NCBI GenBank assembly: GCA_020343495.1
Contig: CP070797.1
Coordinates: 78,124-135,684, forward strand
Direction of reading: 5' to 3'
From: Candidatus Omnitrophota bacterium
GTDB taxonomy: Bacteria > Omnitrophota > Gorgyraeia > Duberdicusellales > 4484-171
DNA length: 57,561 bases
The stretch's first letter is position 1. Each line of letters opens with the position of its first letter. The notes beneath the pieces are model-generated. The model did not search any database, was not told the DNA's origin, and was given only the letters and a program-made list of their open reading frames with translations. Below, piece by piece: positions 44,189 to 54,152 of this stretch. A program made the translations under genes and the position numbers.

Positions 44189-44956
44189 CTATACCCACAT
44201 AAAATAAAACATAGCCGTCAAAATACAATCAAAAATAATAATTAAAATAAACGACCGCACAACCGAATATGTAACTGCAATTGAAACATCCGACGAAGAA
44301 AAAGGGCGAAACCCCTCGTAACAAGAAACAAAAGCAATCGTTGCCCCGAAACAAATGCTTTTTATAATGCCGCTTATAATATCTTTGAACTGCAACGCAT
44401 CAAAAGTCATTCTAAAATAAAGCCCGAAAGGAATAGCAAATTTTGAAGAAGCAACTAAAAACCCTCCTAAAATGCCTAAAAAATCCGCATATATTACTAA
44501 CAGCGGCATACAAACTAACAGGGAAATCAATTTAGGCACTACCAGGTAATTTATCGGTTCAACGCCAAAGGCTTCCAAGGCGTCAATCTGCTCGCTTATC
44601 TTCATTGACCCAATCCCTGCCGTAATAGAGGCGCCGCTTCTTGCCGCAACGATTAAAGAACTTATTACCGGCCCTAATTCGCGGACCAAAGAAAGTGCTA
44701 CCAGAGAAGCAAGGTGAATCTCGGAACTGAATTCTTTCAGCTGATAAGCAGTTTGAAAGGCAATAATTATTCCTATAAAAAAAGCAATTAAAGATACCAG
44801 GAAAAAACTATCTATCCCAATAAAAATAATTTCCCGCAGTAAAGATTTTACGTCCTTTCTTCTTACAAACAACCACCATACCGTATCTCTCACAAAGAAA
44901 GAAATACTCCCTATGTAACTCAACAGGCTGCCTAATCTTTCAATAATCCTCATCAT
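44189..44956 (-). CDS. mlaE: ABC permease MlaE
   Basis: 255 aa with the typical MlaE/Ttg2B TM layout (LVRELGPV...AARSGASI motif). Confidence 0.85.
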   Translation of the reverse strand: MMRIIERLGSLLSYIGSISFFVRDTVWWLFVRRKDVKSLLREIIFIGIDSFFLVSLIAFFIGIIIAFQTAYQLKEFSSEIHLASLVALSLVRELGPVISSLIVAARSGASITAGIGSMKISEQIDALEAFGVEPINYLVVPKLISLLVCMPLLVIYADFLGILGGFLVASSKFAIPFGLYFRMTFDALQFKDIISGIIKSICFGATIAFVSCYEGFRPFSSSDVSIAVTYSVVRSFILIIIFDCILTAMFYFMWV

Positions 44957-44967
44957 GTCAATTCCAA

Positions 44968-45843
44968 TTAAAATTCTTTTTTCTTTTCAAAACCGACAAT
45001 AGTCTCGTCATCCTGCATGCGCAGCTTTAAAAACTGGTTTCTTTTCAACTTATAACGCAGCTCCGCCCCTTGATTTACGAAATTATCATCCTCGCTGTAA
45101 GCATCAAAAACAACGCTAAACTCCTTAGCCACGTCTTTCTTTAAACCAACGTTCTTTTTATCATCAAACAACAACTCCCACCCGGCTAAAGCAACTTTCT
45201 CGGAAACAAATCTCGCTTTAGGAAAAAAGTTGCTAAAATCCCCGAAATTAAGGGAGCCTTCAATTTTATAAACATTTCCGTTTTTCAAAATGCATTTGGA
45301 ATCAGTAAGATTAACCAAAGGCAATTTCCCTAAGAAATTTAAAGATAAATGAGAAAATTCCCGGTCGCGGTATTTGCCTTTCTTTATGTTTAAGTTGCCG
45401 CTGGTAACTAAATCGCCGAACTTGCCCCAGACTTTTGCTTTGGCGGTTATTATGCCTTCTAAAAAAGAAAATCCTTCTAACGATTTAACGTCAACATCCA
45501 AAACAGCCTCTTCTGTTGCCAAGTTAATGTTGCCTTTAACCATAAAGTCCGGGGAAGAGAAGTAATTTATAAAAATAGTATCTCCTCTTTTTATTAACCG
45601 GGACTTTACCCAGGCAAACTCCAAATCTTTCAGAGAAACGTCTTTACCTTCTATATCAAAGATATAAGAATCTTTTTCTTTTTTTAAAGTAACATAGAAC
45701 TCACCCTTAACGGGCAGCTCACCAGGGCAGAAATCAACAATTTTTACTTTATTATTACTGAAATCAACCTCTATGTTATTATGGGCAAAGGCTGCTGCCG
45801 CGCCTATTACTGCAAAAACAATGCCTAAATATACGCCTTTCAT
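44968..45843 (-). CDS. Secreted beta-rich protein, possibly a miniature TamB/AsmA-like protein
   Basis: Start is ATG 45843 (MKGVYLGIVFAVIGAAAAFA signal peptide); the track start at 45873 is a TTG. It has repetitive beta-strand-like segments. The C-terminal LRYKLKRNQFLKL...VGFEKKKEF is reminiscent of the DUF490/TamB C-terminus. Confidence 0.55.
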   Translation of the reverse strand: MKGVYLGIVFAVIGAAAAFAHNNIEVDFSNNKVKIVDFCPGELPVKGEFYVTLKKEKDSYIFDIEGKDVSLKDLEFAWVKSRLIKRGDTIFINYFSSPDFMVKGNINLATEEAVLDVDVKSLEGFSFLEGIITAKAKVWGKFGDLVTSGNLNIKKGKYRDREFSHLSLNFLGKLPLVNLTDSKCILKNGNVYKIEGSLNFGDFSNFFPKARFVSEKVALAGWELLFDDKKNVGLKKDVAKEFSVVFDAYSEDDNFVNQGAELRYKLKRNQFLKLRMQDDETIVGFEKKKEF

Positions 45844-45869
45844 AATCTTTAATTTTTCATTTCTTGCTA

Positions 45870-48302
45870 TCAAAATTTTAGCTCATCGCCCTTTCTGGAA
45901 ACTTTTATCTTTACCGGCTTATCTTTGTTATATTCTTTTGTAATATTTCCCTTGATTATAGTCTCGGCTAAAGGGTCTTCCAAAAATCTCTGGATAACTC
46001 TCTTTAGCGGCCGGGCGCCGTATACAGGGTCAAAGCCTTTCTCAATGATAAAATCTTTGGCATCTTTAGATAATACCACCTCAATACCCTGCTCTCGCAG
46101 GCGCTGGTTAACATAGCCGGTTTCAATCTCTACTATTTTCTCTAAATCTACCTTGCCTAAAGGTCTAAAAACTATAACTTCATCTACTCTGTTTAAGAAT
46201 TCCGGTTTGAAAGTCTTCTTTACTTCCTCAAAAAGCAAGTTTTTCATTTCTTCATAACTAACATCTTCTGTGAGCGGTTTAAAACCTAACGACCCGCGTT
46301 TCCGCAAAATCCCTGCGCCTACGTTGGAAGTCATTATAAGAACGGTGTTACGAAAATCAACTTTTCTTCCGAAACTGTCCGTAACTCTGCCTTCTTCCAG
46401 AATTTGAAGCAGGAGGTTAAAAACGTCGGGATGCGCTTTCTCTATTTCATCAAGAAGAATTACTGAATACGGCCGGCGCCTCACCCTCTCGGTCAGCTGC
46501 CCGCCCTCTTCATAACCAACATAGCCGGGCGGCGCTCCGATTAAACGGGAGACATTAAACTTCTCCATATACTCGCTCATATCCAACTGAACCAACGCTT
46601 CCTCGTCGCCAAACATAAATTCCGCCAGCGCTCTGGCAAGAAGAGTTTTCCCCACTCCCGTGGGCCCTAAAAATATAAAAGAACCAATGGGACGGCGCGG
46701 TTCTTTTATCCCTGCCCTTGCCCTTTTTAAAGACCGGGCAATAGCTTCAATGGCTGTATACTGGCCGATAACTTTTTCTCTAAGTTCCTCCTCAACTTTT
46801 AAGAGTTTTTCTGATTCTTTTTCTTCTAACCTATATATAGGAATACCGGTAATTTGAGCCACTAACTTAGCCAAATCCTCTTCGGTAACCGTAGGAACTA
46901 TTTGGTCGCGTTTCATAACCCAGTCTCTTCGTAAATTTTCCAGTTTTAATCTTAAGTTCTTCTCCTCGTCTCTTAACTTTGCCGCCGCTTCAAAATCCTG
47001 CTGTTTTATCAAAGCTTCTTTTTCTTTGGTAACTTCGTTCAGGCGGCTTTCTGAATCTTTTATCTGCGGCGGGGGAGTTAAAATGGCCAGGCGCGACCTT
47101 GCTCCTGACTCGTCAATTAAATCTATAGCCTTATCCGGCAGGAACCTTCCTGAAATATACCTTTCCGACAGTTTGGCAGCCGCCTCTAAAGCCTGGTCGT
47201 CAAACTTTACTCTATGATGAGCTTCGTATTTATCTCTTAACCCTTTGAGAATCTCAATGGTTTCCTCAATGGTGTTGGGCTCAACAAAAATAGGCTGAAA
47301 CCTCCTCTCTAAAGCGGAATCTTTCTCTATATACTTGCGATACTCATCAAGAGTCGTTGCGCCGATACACTGAATTTCTCCCCTTGATAACGAAGGTTTT
47401 AAAATGTTGGAAGCATCAATTGCTCCTTCAGCCGCGCCGGCGCCGACTAAAGTATGCAGCTCATCAACGAACATAATAACATCTTTAGACCGCTTTATTT
47501 CTTCCATAACCGCTTTTATTCTTTCTTCAAACTGGCCGCGATACTTTGTCCCGGCAATCATAAGCGCTAAATCTAAAACCACAATCCGTTTGTTTCTTAA
47601 AACTTCCGGGACGTCTCCGTGAGTAATACTTTGCGCCAGGCCCTCAACGATCGCTGTTTTTCCTACGCCTGCCTCTCCTAACAAAACAGGATTATTCTTT
47701 GCGCGGCGGGATAGAACCTGAATAACTCTTTCTATCTCTACTTTTCTGCCGATAACCGGGTCTAACTTACCGTCTTTTGCCAGTTTAGTCAAATCTCTTC
47801 CAAAAGAATCAAGCGCCGGGGTTTTAGATGTGGAGGCTCCGGGAGCGGCTGCGTGAGGGTGAATGCCGCCTCCCAGCAAAGCGGCAATTTCATCGCGAAC
47901 TCTTTTTAAATCTATACCTAAAGAAAAGAGGACCTGCGAAGCAAGCCCTTCTCCTTCACGAATTAACCCTAAAAGAATATGTTCTGTGCCGATATAGTTA
48001 TGGCCTAAATTGTGCGCTTCTTCCGCTGCCAACTCCAGCGACTTCTTGGCGCGGGGCGTAAAAGGAACGTCGCCTAAAACAGATGCCGCGCTTCCCGGGG
48101 AAACTAACTTCTCAATCTCAACTCTTAGGCGCTCTAAGTCTGCGCCTAAATTCTGCAACACCGCACAAGCAACTCCTTCTCCTTCTCTGACTAACCCCAG
48201 TAAAATATGTTCTGTCCCGATATAATCGTGGTTAAACCGTCTTGCTTCTTCCTTTGCTAAAACTAATACTTTGCGTGCTCTCTCTGTAAACCTGTTAAAC
48301 AT
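45870..48302 (-). CDS. clpC: ATP-dependent Clp protease ATP-binding subunit ClpC
   Basis: Double Clp_N repeat, two AAA+ modules ([16 protein letters not shown]) and a UVR-type linker ([13 protein letters not shown]). Confidence 0.95.
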   Translation of the reverse strand: MFNRFTERARKVLVLAKEEARRFNHDYIGTEHILLGLVREGEGVACAVLQNLGADLERLRVEIEKLVSPGSAASVLGDVPFTPRAKKSLELAAEEAHNLGHNYIGTEHILLGLIREGEGLASQVLFSLGIDLKRVRDEIAALLGGGIHPHAAAPGASTSKTPALDSFGRDLTKLAKDGKLDPVIGRKVEIERVIQVLSRRAKNNPVLLGEAGVGKTAIVEGLAQSITHGDVPEVLRNKRIVVLDLALMIAGTKYRGQFEERIKAVMEEIKRSKDVIMFVDELHTLVGAGAAEGAIDASNILKPSLSRGEIQCIGATTLDEYRKYIEKDSALERRFQPIFVEPNTIEETIEILKGLRDKYEAHHRVKFDDQALEAAAKLSERYISGRFLPDKAIDLIDESGARSRLAILTPPPQIKDSESRLNEVTKEKEALIKQQDFEAAAKLRDEEKNLRLKLENLRRDWVMKRDQIVPTVTEEDLAKLVAQITGIPIYRLEEKESEKLLKVEEELREKVIGQYTAIEAIARSLKRARAGIKEPRRPIGSFIFLGPTGVGKTLLARALAEFMFGDEEALVQLDMSEYMEKFNVSRLIGAPPGYVGYEEGGQLTERVRRRPYSVILLDEIEKAHPDVFNLLLQILEEGRVTDSFGRKVDFRNTVLIMTSNVGAGILRKRGSLGFKPLTEDVSYEEMKNLLFEEVKKTFKPEFLNRVDEVIVFRPLGKVDLEKIVEIETGYVNQRLREQGIEVVLSKDAKDFIIEKGFDPVYGARPLKRVIQRFLEDPLAETIIKGNITKEYNKDKPVKIKVSRKGDELKF

Positions 48303-48355
48303 TTTAATACCTCCTCACTGTTTGAAGAAATAAACCTGATTTGCTACTCTTAAGC

Positions 48356-49426
48356 TTAATTTCGGATTTTTAAGAAATCTTCCTGTTTGAGTTTATCCCT
48401 GATAATTTCTGCCCTTATATAATCTCTCTCCTGCTCTTTCAAAGGGCGGTCTTCAATCTTCTGCAAATGAGCCGGTTGACTGATAATAAAAAGATTATTA
48501 ATTACGTTTCTCTTTATCCCTTTAATTATACCTAAATCTAAACCTAAAGACAACATAGAAAGATGGCCTAATGCTTCCTTACTGTTAATCAGCCGGCTAT
48601 TTCTAAGAATGGCCAGTGCCCGGTGAGTGCTGTCTTCAATGCTCAATTTATATTTCTTCAGGAGGGTTCTTCTGGCTTCTACCTCCTGCTCTTTAATCTG
48701 GTTTATCACTCCTGCTAAATTTTCAATTAACTCTACTTCGCAAAGCCCTAAACAAACCTGATTAGAAATCTGAAAAAAATCCCCGTAGGCGGCTGTGCCT
48801 TCACCAAACAGGCCCCGCACTGTAAAAGAAATTTTGGTCAGCAGCTCAAGTATCTTATTAATTCTTTTAGTAATAACAAGCGCCGGCAGCCGTAACATAC
48901 AAGATACTCGCAAACCCGTACCCACGTTGGTGGGACACGACGTTAAATACCCTAAATCCGGCATAAAGGCAAACTCAAACCTCAATCCCAACTCATTATC
49001 AAGTTCATCTAACAGGTGCCAGCATAACTTTAGGTCAAACCCCGAAGAAATAACCTGCAACCGGAGATGGTCTTCCTCATTTATCATTACTGCGATTCGT
49101 TCATCTTTTGAGAAGATTACCCCTTTACCTTTAGGGGATGAGGTATGCTGCAGGCTAATTAAGTGCCTCTCCAGAAGCAGCTGCCTCTCTAAGTTATCTA
49201 ACTCCTCCATTCGTAAAAAGGAGCTCTTCCTTAAACAATTAACCTGTTTATAAACCTGCTGTATTCTATTTAAAATATTTTCTTTCTTAAATTTACTTAA
49301 CCGGTGAGGAAAGGGATAATCAGAAAAATTCCTTGCCAGCCGGATCCGCGAAGAAAAAATAATATCCGAGGAGGGGCCTTCCTGATTCAACCAGCTATCC
49401 TGATTAGTTAAGAAATCTTTTAACAT
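48356..49426 (-). CDS. mcsB: Protein arginine kinase McsB
   Basis: Guanido phosphotransferase motifs SCPTNVGTGLR and EEDHLR. Confidence 0.9.
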   Translation of the reverse strand: MLKDFLTNQDSWLNQEGPSSDIIFSSRIRLARNFSDYPFPHRLSKFKKENILNRIQQVYKQVNCLRKSSFLRMEELDNLERQLLLERHLISLQHTSSPKGKGVIFSKDERIAVMINEEDHLRLQVISSGFDLKLCWHLLDELDNELGLRFEFAFMPDLGYLTSCPTNVGTGLRVSCMLRLPALVITKRINKILELLTKISFTVRGLFGEGTAAYGDFFQISNQVCLGLCEVELIENLAGVINQIKEQEVEARRTLLKKYKLSIEDSTHRALAILRNSRLINSKEALGHLSMLSLGLDLGIIKGIKRNVINNLFIISQPAHLQKIEDRPLKEQERDYIRAEIIRDKLKQEDFLKIRN

Positions 49427-49435
49427 TTGGGTTTG

Positions 49436-49918
49436 TTATTTCTTCTCCCTTGCCTTTATTTCGTCCCGCAGCCGCGCTGCCTCTTCGTATTCTTGAAGGC
49501 AAATCGCTCTCTTGAGGCGCCCTTTTAAATCTTCTTCTTTAGGTTCCTGCAGGACATCCCGCATCCCTGAAGAAGGAAACTTTCCCCTATGCCGGGTAGC
49601 GCTGTGTAATTTTTTTAAAAGGGGCGTCACTGCCTCTTTAAAAGTTTCATAACAACTGCGGCACCCCAGCCTTCCCTTTTTATTAATTTCTGCCAAGGTT
49701 AACCCGCAAAAAGAGCAGTTAGCGCTTAACTCTTTGCTTTTAACATCCTCTTTATTTAAAAGATTATCCAGAAAATCTGATATGCTTAACTGCCCTTTTA
49801 ACTCCTTGGCCTTAGGTTTGGCACAATTCTGGCATATATGCATCTCTACCACTTTATCGTTAACGATCTCGGTAAGATGAACTGTCGCACTATTTTTATT
49901 ACAAACGTCGCAAACCAT
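49436..49918 (-). CDS. mcsA: McsA (zinc-finger / UVR-domain activator of McsB)
   Basis: Four CxxC pairs (CDVC, CQNC, CSFC, CRSC) and the C-terminal UVR motif YEEAARLRDEI. Confidence 0.85.
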   Translation of the reverse strand: MVCDVCNKNSATVHLTEIVNDKVVEMHICQNCAKPKAKELKGQLSISDFLDNLLNKEDVKSKELSANCSFCGLTLAEINKKGRLGCRSCYETFKEAVTPLLKKLHSATRHRGKFPSSGMRDVLQEPKEEDLKGRLKRAICLQEYEEAARLRDEIKAREKK

Positions 49919-49934
49919 AACTTAAAGCTATCGT

Positions 49935-50813
49935 CTAAATTTTGTATTTTATTCCGCCCAGTTTAGTTAACTTCCTGAACTCTTTCATTATTTCCTTAGT
50001 AACCTTTCCCGGGGCGCCGCCGCCTATAACTCTGCCGTCAACTTTTATCACCGGCATAATCTCTGCGGCAGTGCCGGTTAAGAAACACTCTTCGCTGATA
50101 AACAGTTCGTGCCTGGTCAACACGTGTTCATGCGCAGAAATTTTTAGTTTTCTAGCAATCCCAAGCACAGCGTCTCTTGTAATACCCCGCAAGCTGCCCA
50201 TACACTGAGGGGGAGTATAAAGATGGCCTTTCTTGACGACAAAAATATTGTCGCCGGTGCATTCGGCAACGTAACCAAGATGGTCAAGCATTAACGCTTC
50301 CTGATAGCCGGCGTTAATCGCCTCCATTTTTGCTAAAATATTATTCAAGTAATTCAGCGATTTTATCTGAGGGTTAACTGCTTCACAGAGATTCCTAACC
50401 GTTGGCACAGTAACAATACCCATGCCTCCTTTATATAACGTCTGCGGATAAAGCGCTATTTTATCAGTAATTATAACTACTGTTTCGCCTTTACATCTTC
50501 TGGGGTCAAGCCCTAAATCACCGTTGCCTCTTGATATAATTACTCTAATATAAGCATCTTTTAACTTATTAGCCTGCAATGTTTTTATTATTGCGTCGGT
50601 AACCTGCTTCTTGGTTAAAGGGATATTAAGCATTATTGAATGCGCAGACTCAAAAAGCCTGTCAATATGCTCTTTTAACTTAAAAACTAAACAATTATAA
50701 GACCGTATCCCTTCAAATACGCCGTCGCCGTATAAAAAGCCGTGGTCAAAAACAGAAACGGTCGCCGCCCGCTTATCAACGATCTTGCCGTTAAGATATA
50801 CTTTCATTTTCAC
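49935..50813 (-). CDS. ilvE: Branched-chain amino acid aminotransferase (fold type IV)
   Basis: GDGVFEGIRSY, SRGNGDLGLDP and the LRGITRD motif. Length 292 aa. Confidence 0.8.
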   Translation of the reverse strand: MKMKVYLNGKIVDKRAATVSVFDHGFLYGDGVFEGIRSYNCLVFKLKEHIDRLFESAHSIMLNIPLTKKQVTDAIIKTLQANKLKDAYIRVIISRGNGDLGLDPRRCKGETVVIITDKIALYPQTLYKGGMGIVTVPTVRNLCEAVNPQIKSLNYLNNILAKMEAINAGYQEALMLDHLGYVAECTGDNIFVVKKGHLYTPPQCMGSLRGITRDAVLGIARKLKISAHEHVLTRHELFISEECFLTGTAAEIMPVIKVDGRVIGGGAPGKVTKEIMKEFRKLTKLGGIKYKI

Positions 50814-50830
50814 CTCCGATATTAGCGTGG

Positions 50831-51502
50831 CTAAGCACTAATTATGCCTCCGTTAATATTTATTATTCGTTTTGCTACTGCCGCTAACTCTAAATTATGG
50901 GTAACTATAACTATGGTTTTTTTTCTCTCTTTATTTAACTGTTTAAGCAGCTGAATAATAATGCCTTGCGAATCCTTATCTAAATTTCCCGTGGGTTCAT
51001 CGCAAAGCAGAAGCTGCGGATCATTAATTAATGCGCGTGCCAAGGCAACCTTCTGCCTTTCCCCGCCGCTTAACTGCGAAGGGAAAAAATGCTGTCTTTT
51101 CTCTATCCCTAAATATTGTAGCAACTCCCGCGCAGTTTTTAAAGAAGATTTTCTCTTTCCCCGGGGAAAAGCTGCTATGGTAATGTTCTCCAAAACATTT
51201 AATTCTTCTATAAGATGATAAAACTGAAAAACAAACCCGACAGTTTCGCCTCGCCAGGTTGATAAGTTTTTATCTTTGAGCCCGTATATGTCTGCTCCCT
51301 TAAAAACAACTTTACCCTGCGTGGGCGAATCCAGGCCTCCCATAATATGAAGAAGAGTGGATTTACCGGCTCCCGAAGGCCCTACCACAGACAAAAAATC
51401 CCCTTCGCCCAGCGATAAGGAAACATTATCTAAGGCAAGGACTCCCTCTCTGCCGTTATGATACGTTTTTGTAACGGAAACTATATCTAAAAAACTGCTC
51501 AT
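50831..51502 (-). CDS. lolD: Lipoprotein-releasing ABC ATPase LolD
   Basis: GPSGAGKSTLL, LSGGERQKVALARAL and LCDEPTGNLD motifs. It lies downstream of an FtsX-type permease gene. Confidence 0.85.
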   Translation of the reverse strand: MSSFLDIVSVTKTYHNGREGVLALDNVSLSLGEGDFLSVVGPSGAGKSTLLHIMGGLDSPTQGKVVFKGADIYGLKDKNLSTWRGETVGFVFQFYHLIEELNVLENITIAAFPRGKRKSSLKTARELLQYLGIEKRQHFFPSQLSGGERQKVALARALINDPQLLLCDEPTGNLDKDSQGIIIQLLKQLNKERKKTIVIVTHNLELAAVAKRIININGGIISA

Positions 51503-51508
51503 ATTTTT

Positions 51509-52678
51509 CTATTCGTAACGCAACGCCTCGCACACCTCTAACCTGGCTGCCCTTACTGCCGGGGCCAGGCTTGAAACAAAAGAGATGCCAAGGCTCACCA
51601 GAGCAATCAATACAATGTCTGACAGCTGCACTGACACCGGCAAAAATTCCGTAAAAAAAATCTCCTGCGGCAGGCGTATGAAAGGGTAGGTCTTTAAAAT
51701 AAAACATATTGCCAGGCCTAAACCTGACCCTGCGAAAATACCGATAATGCCGATAATGATGCCCTGGAGAGTAAAAATACTCAAAACCTCTCTATTATTA
51801 AACCCTAATGACTTTAAAATACCTATCTCTTTGGTCTTCTCCACCACTTTTACTGTCAGGGTGGCAAAAATATTAAACGAGGCAATAATAACAATTAAAG
51901 ATAAAATAATAAACATAGCAATTTTTTCCAGTTTTAACGTGGCGAATAACGCCTGGTTTGTCTCTATCCAGGTACTTACAAAAATGTCTTCTGGAAATTC
52001 CTGCCTGATTTTCTCTTTTGCCTTATCAGCCTCAAACGGTTCTTTAAGCTTTACTCCCAAAAATAAAACATAGTTAGAAGAGAGGCTCTTTGCTTTATCC
52101 AAATCCGTAACTAAATAATAATTATCCACGTCATAAAGCCCCACGCTAAAAGTGCCCCTTACTTTTTCTTCTTCTAACTGCAACTTCTTCTTTAACGGGT
52201 AAAACTCTATAGTATCGGTAACAAAGAACCTTCTTTCTATCCCTTCGCCGACAAAAAACCCTTCCTCGGCCCGCTCTTCCTTTATATACTGATAAAAAAG
52301 TTGCCGGCCGCTTCTGTCTTCAAAGTCAATGCCCTTTACTATTAAAGGAACAATTGTATTATTGAATTTAGCAAAAACCTGGGTATTCAAAGTTATGGCA
52401 GCAAAATCAACTTCTTCCCATCTTTCTATGGTTTCTTTAACCAGGGGGAGTTTCTCAGGAGTTAAACTCTCTATGGTAATATGGTCACGAAACTTCATTA
52501 TTCTTTCCATAAGGCCGCCGTCAATACCGTTTACTATGGAAAGAGCAACTAACACCGTGGCTACTCCTAAAGTAACTCCCATGCAAGACATTACTCCGAT
52601 GAATGAAACGTGTTTAGCTTTTCCTCTAAAAAGGTACCGTAATGCCAAGAAAATTTCGGTCTTCATTTTTTTATACAC
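51509..52678 (-). CDS. lolC: Lipoprotein-releasing permease LolC/LolE (MacB/FtsX family)
   Basis: TM1, a periplasmic domain of about 200 aa, then a C-terminal FtsX 3-TM bundle (KEIGILKSLGF). Confidence 0.8.
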   Translation of the reverse strand: MYKKMKTEIFLALRYLFRGKAKHVSFIGVMSCMGVTLGVATVLVALSIVNGIDGGLMERIMKFRDHITIESLTPEKLPLVKETIERWEEVDFAAITLNTQVFAKFNNTIVPLIVKGIDFEDRSGRQLFYQYIKEERAEEGFFVGEGIERRFFVTDTIEFYPLKKKLQLEEEKVRGTFSVGLYDVDNYYLVTDLDKAKSLSSNYVLFLGVKLKEPFEADKAKEKIRQEFPEDIFVSTWIETNQALFATLKLEKIAMFIILSLIVIIASFNIFATLTVKVVEKTKEIGILKSLGFNNREVLSIFTLQGIIIGIIGIFAGSGLGLAICFILKTYPFIRLPQEIFFTEFLPVSVQLSDIVLIALVSLGISFVSSLAPAVRAARLEVCEALRYE

Positions 52679-52684
52679 CGCCTA

Positions 52685-54103
52685 TCACTTCGTCTGCATT
52701 TTAAGAAGCGGGAAAAAAATTACGTCTCTTATGGAAGGCTGATTGAGAAGAAGCATTACCAGTCTATCTATGCCTATTCCTAAACCGGCAGCAGGAGGCA
52801 TCCCGTATTCTAAGCTTAAGAGAAAATCAGTATCTATTCTTTTAGGAAGGTCTTCTTCTATTTCCAGCTGTTTCTTGAACCTTTCTTTCTGGTCCAGGGG
52901 GTCGTTTAACTCCGAGTAAGCGTTAGCCACTTCTAAGCCGTTAATAAACAACTCAAACCTGTCTATAAGATACGGGTTATCTTTATTCCTCTTCGCTAAA
53001 GGTGCTGTCCAGGTAAAAAAGTCAACGATGAACGCCGGCTTATTGTGGGGGAAATTTTTCTCAATCAACTCTTCAGTGATATTAAGGATCTGGCTGCGCG
53101 TTAACCCCTGTTTTAGTTTTAGTTTCTTGCTGATTTTACGTAAGACTTCTGCTTGTGAATCGGACGCATCAACGCCGAACTCCTGTTTAAAAAGCTCGGT
53201 GAAAGAAATCCTCTGCCAGGGAGGCGTAAGGTCAATCTTTGTTCCCTGATATTCAAGCTGCAACGAAGAATTTATCTCTTGAGTAAGCGAAGAAATTAAA
53301 TCTTCGCAAATCTTCATCATATATCCGTAATCCTGATAGGCACAATAAGCCTCAAGCATGGTAAACTCAGGGTTATGTTTCCTAGATGTGCCTTCGTTAC
53401 GAAAACTTCTGTTTATCTCATATACTCTCTCAAACCCTCCCACGAGAAGTTTTTTGAGATAAAGTTCCGGCGCAATCCTTAAAAACACGTCCATTCCCGT
53501 GGCATTATGATGCGTGGCAAAAGGTTTTCCCGCAGCACCTCCGGCAATGCCGTGAAGCATAGGGGTCTCCACTTCTACGTATTTTAGCTGGTCAAAGAAA
53601 TTCCTGATAAACGAAATTATCAACGCCCGCTTTATGAAAATATCCCTGACAGACGGGTTAGCAATCAAATCAAGGTAGCGCTGCCGGTAACGGACTTCCA
53701 CGTCTTTTAGGCCGTGCCACTTCTCCGGTAAAGGTTTTAACGCTTTTGAAAGCAATACTAACTTCTCTGCCAGCACCGTAGGTTCAGCCGTGCGGGTTTT
53801 AAACAATTTGCCTTCTACGCCAATAATGTCGCCTACGTCAAGGCTTTTATACAGTTTAAACTTATCTCCTAAAACGTTAAGCTGGGCATATATCTGTAAC
53901 TTGCCGGTATGGTCTGCTATATGAGCAAACCCGGATTTTCCGTGCTCCCGTTTAGTAACCAGCCTTCCGGCAACGGAAACTCTTCTTTCTTCCTCAAACT
54001 TCTCTAAAATCTCGCTTATAAATAAGGGTTTAGGAAAGGAAGTTTCTTTAAAAGGGTCGCCGAAATCCTGCCTGATTTTTTCTAACTTTTCCAGCTCCTT
54101 CAT
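52685..54103 (-). CDS. lysS: Lysyl-tRNA synthetase, class II
   Basis: OB-fold (VSVAGRLV), motif 2 (YEINRSFRNEG) and motif 3 (GLGIGIDRLVMLL). Confidence 0.95.
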   Translation of the reverse strand: MKELEKLEKIRQDFGDPFKETSFPKPLFISEILEKFEEERRVSVAGRLVTKREHGKSGFAHIADHTGKLQIYAQLNVLGDKFKLYKSLDVGDIIGVEGKLFKTRTAEPTVLAEKLVLLSKALKPLPEKWHGLKDVEVRYRQRYLDLIANPSVRDIFIKRALIISFIRNFFDQLKYVEVETPMLHGIAGGAAGKPFATHHNATGMDVFLRIAPELYLKKLLVGGFERVYEINRSFRNEGTSRKHNPEFTMLEAYCAYQDYGYMMKICEDLISSLTQEINSSLQLEYQGTKIDLTPPWQRISFTELFKQEFGVDASDSQAEVLRKISKKLKLKQGLTRSQILNITEELIEKNFPHNKPAFIVDFFTWTAPLAKRNKDNPYLIDRFELFINGLEVANAYSELNDPLDQKERFKKQLEIEEDLPKRIDTDFLLSLEYGMPPAAGLGIGIDRLVMLLLNQPSIRDVIFFPLLKMQTK

Positions 54104-54112
54104 ACTTCATAG

Positions 54113-54141
54113 ATTATATAGAATAAGGCATTGGGTGTCAA
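54113..54141 (-). promoter_or_regulatory. Perfect-consensus sigma70 promoter abutting the lysS start codon
   Basis: Minus strand reads TTGACA (54136-54141), a 17-nt spacer, then TATAAT (54113-54118). Only 9 nt (CTATGAAGT) lie between the -10 and the ATG at 54103. Confidence 0.55.
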
Positions 54142-54152
54142 ATAAAAACAAG

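Noticed and set aside
49919-49934. CtsR operator (GGTCAAA direct repeat) or a ctsR gene upstream of mcsA.
   Set aside because: Only 16 nt separate ilvE from mcsA, with no GGTCAAA-like repeat. No small winged-helix ORF is present.
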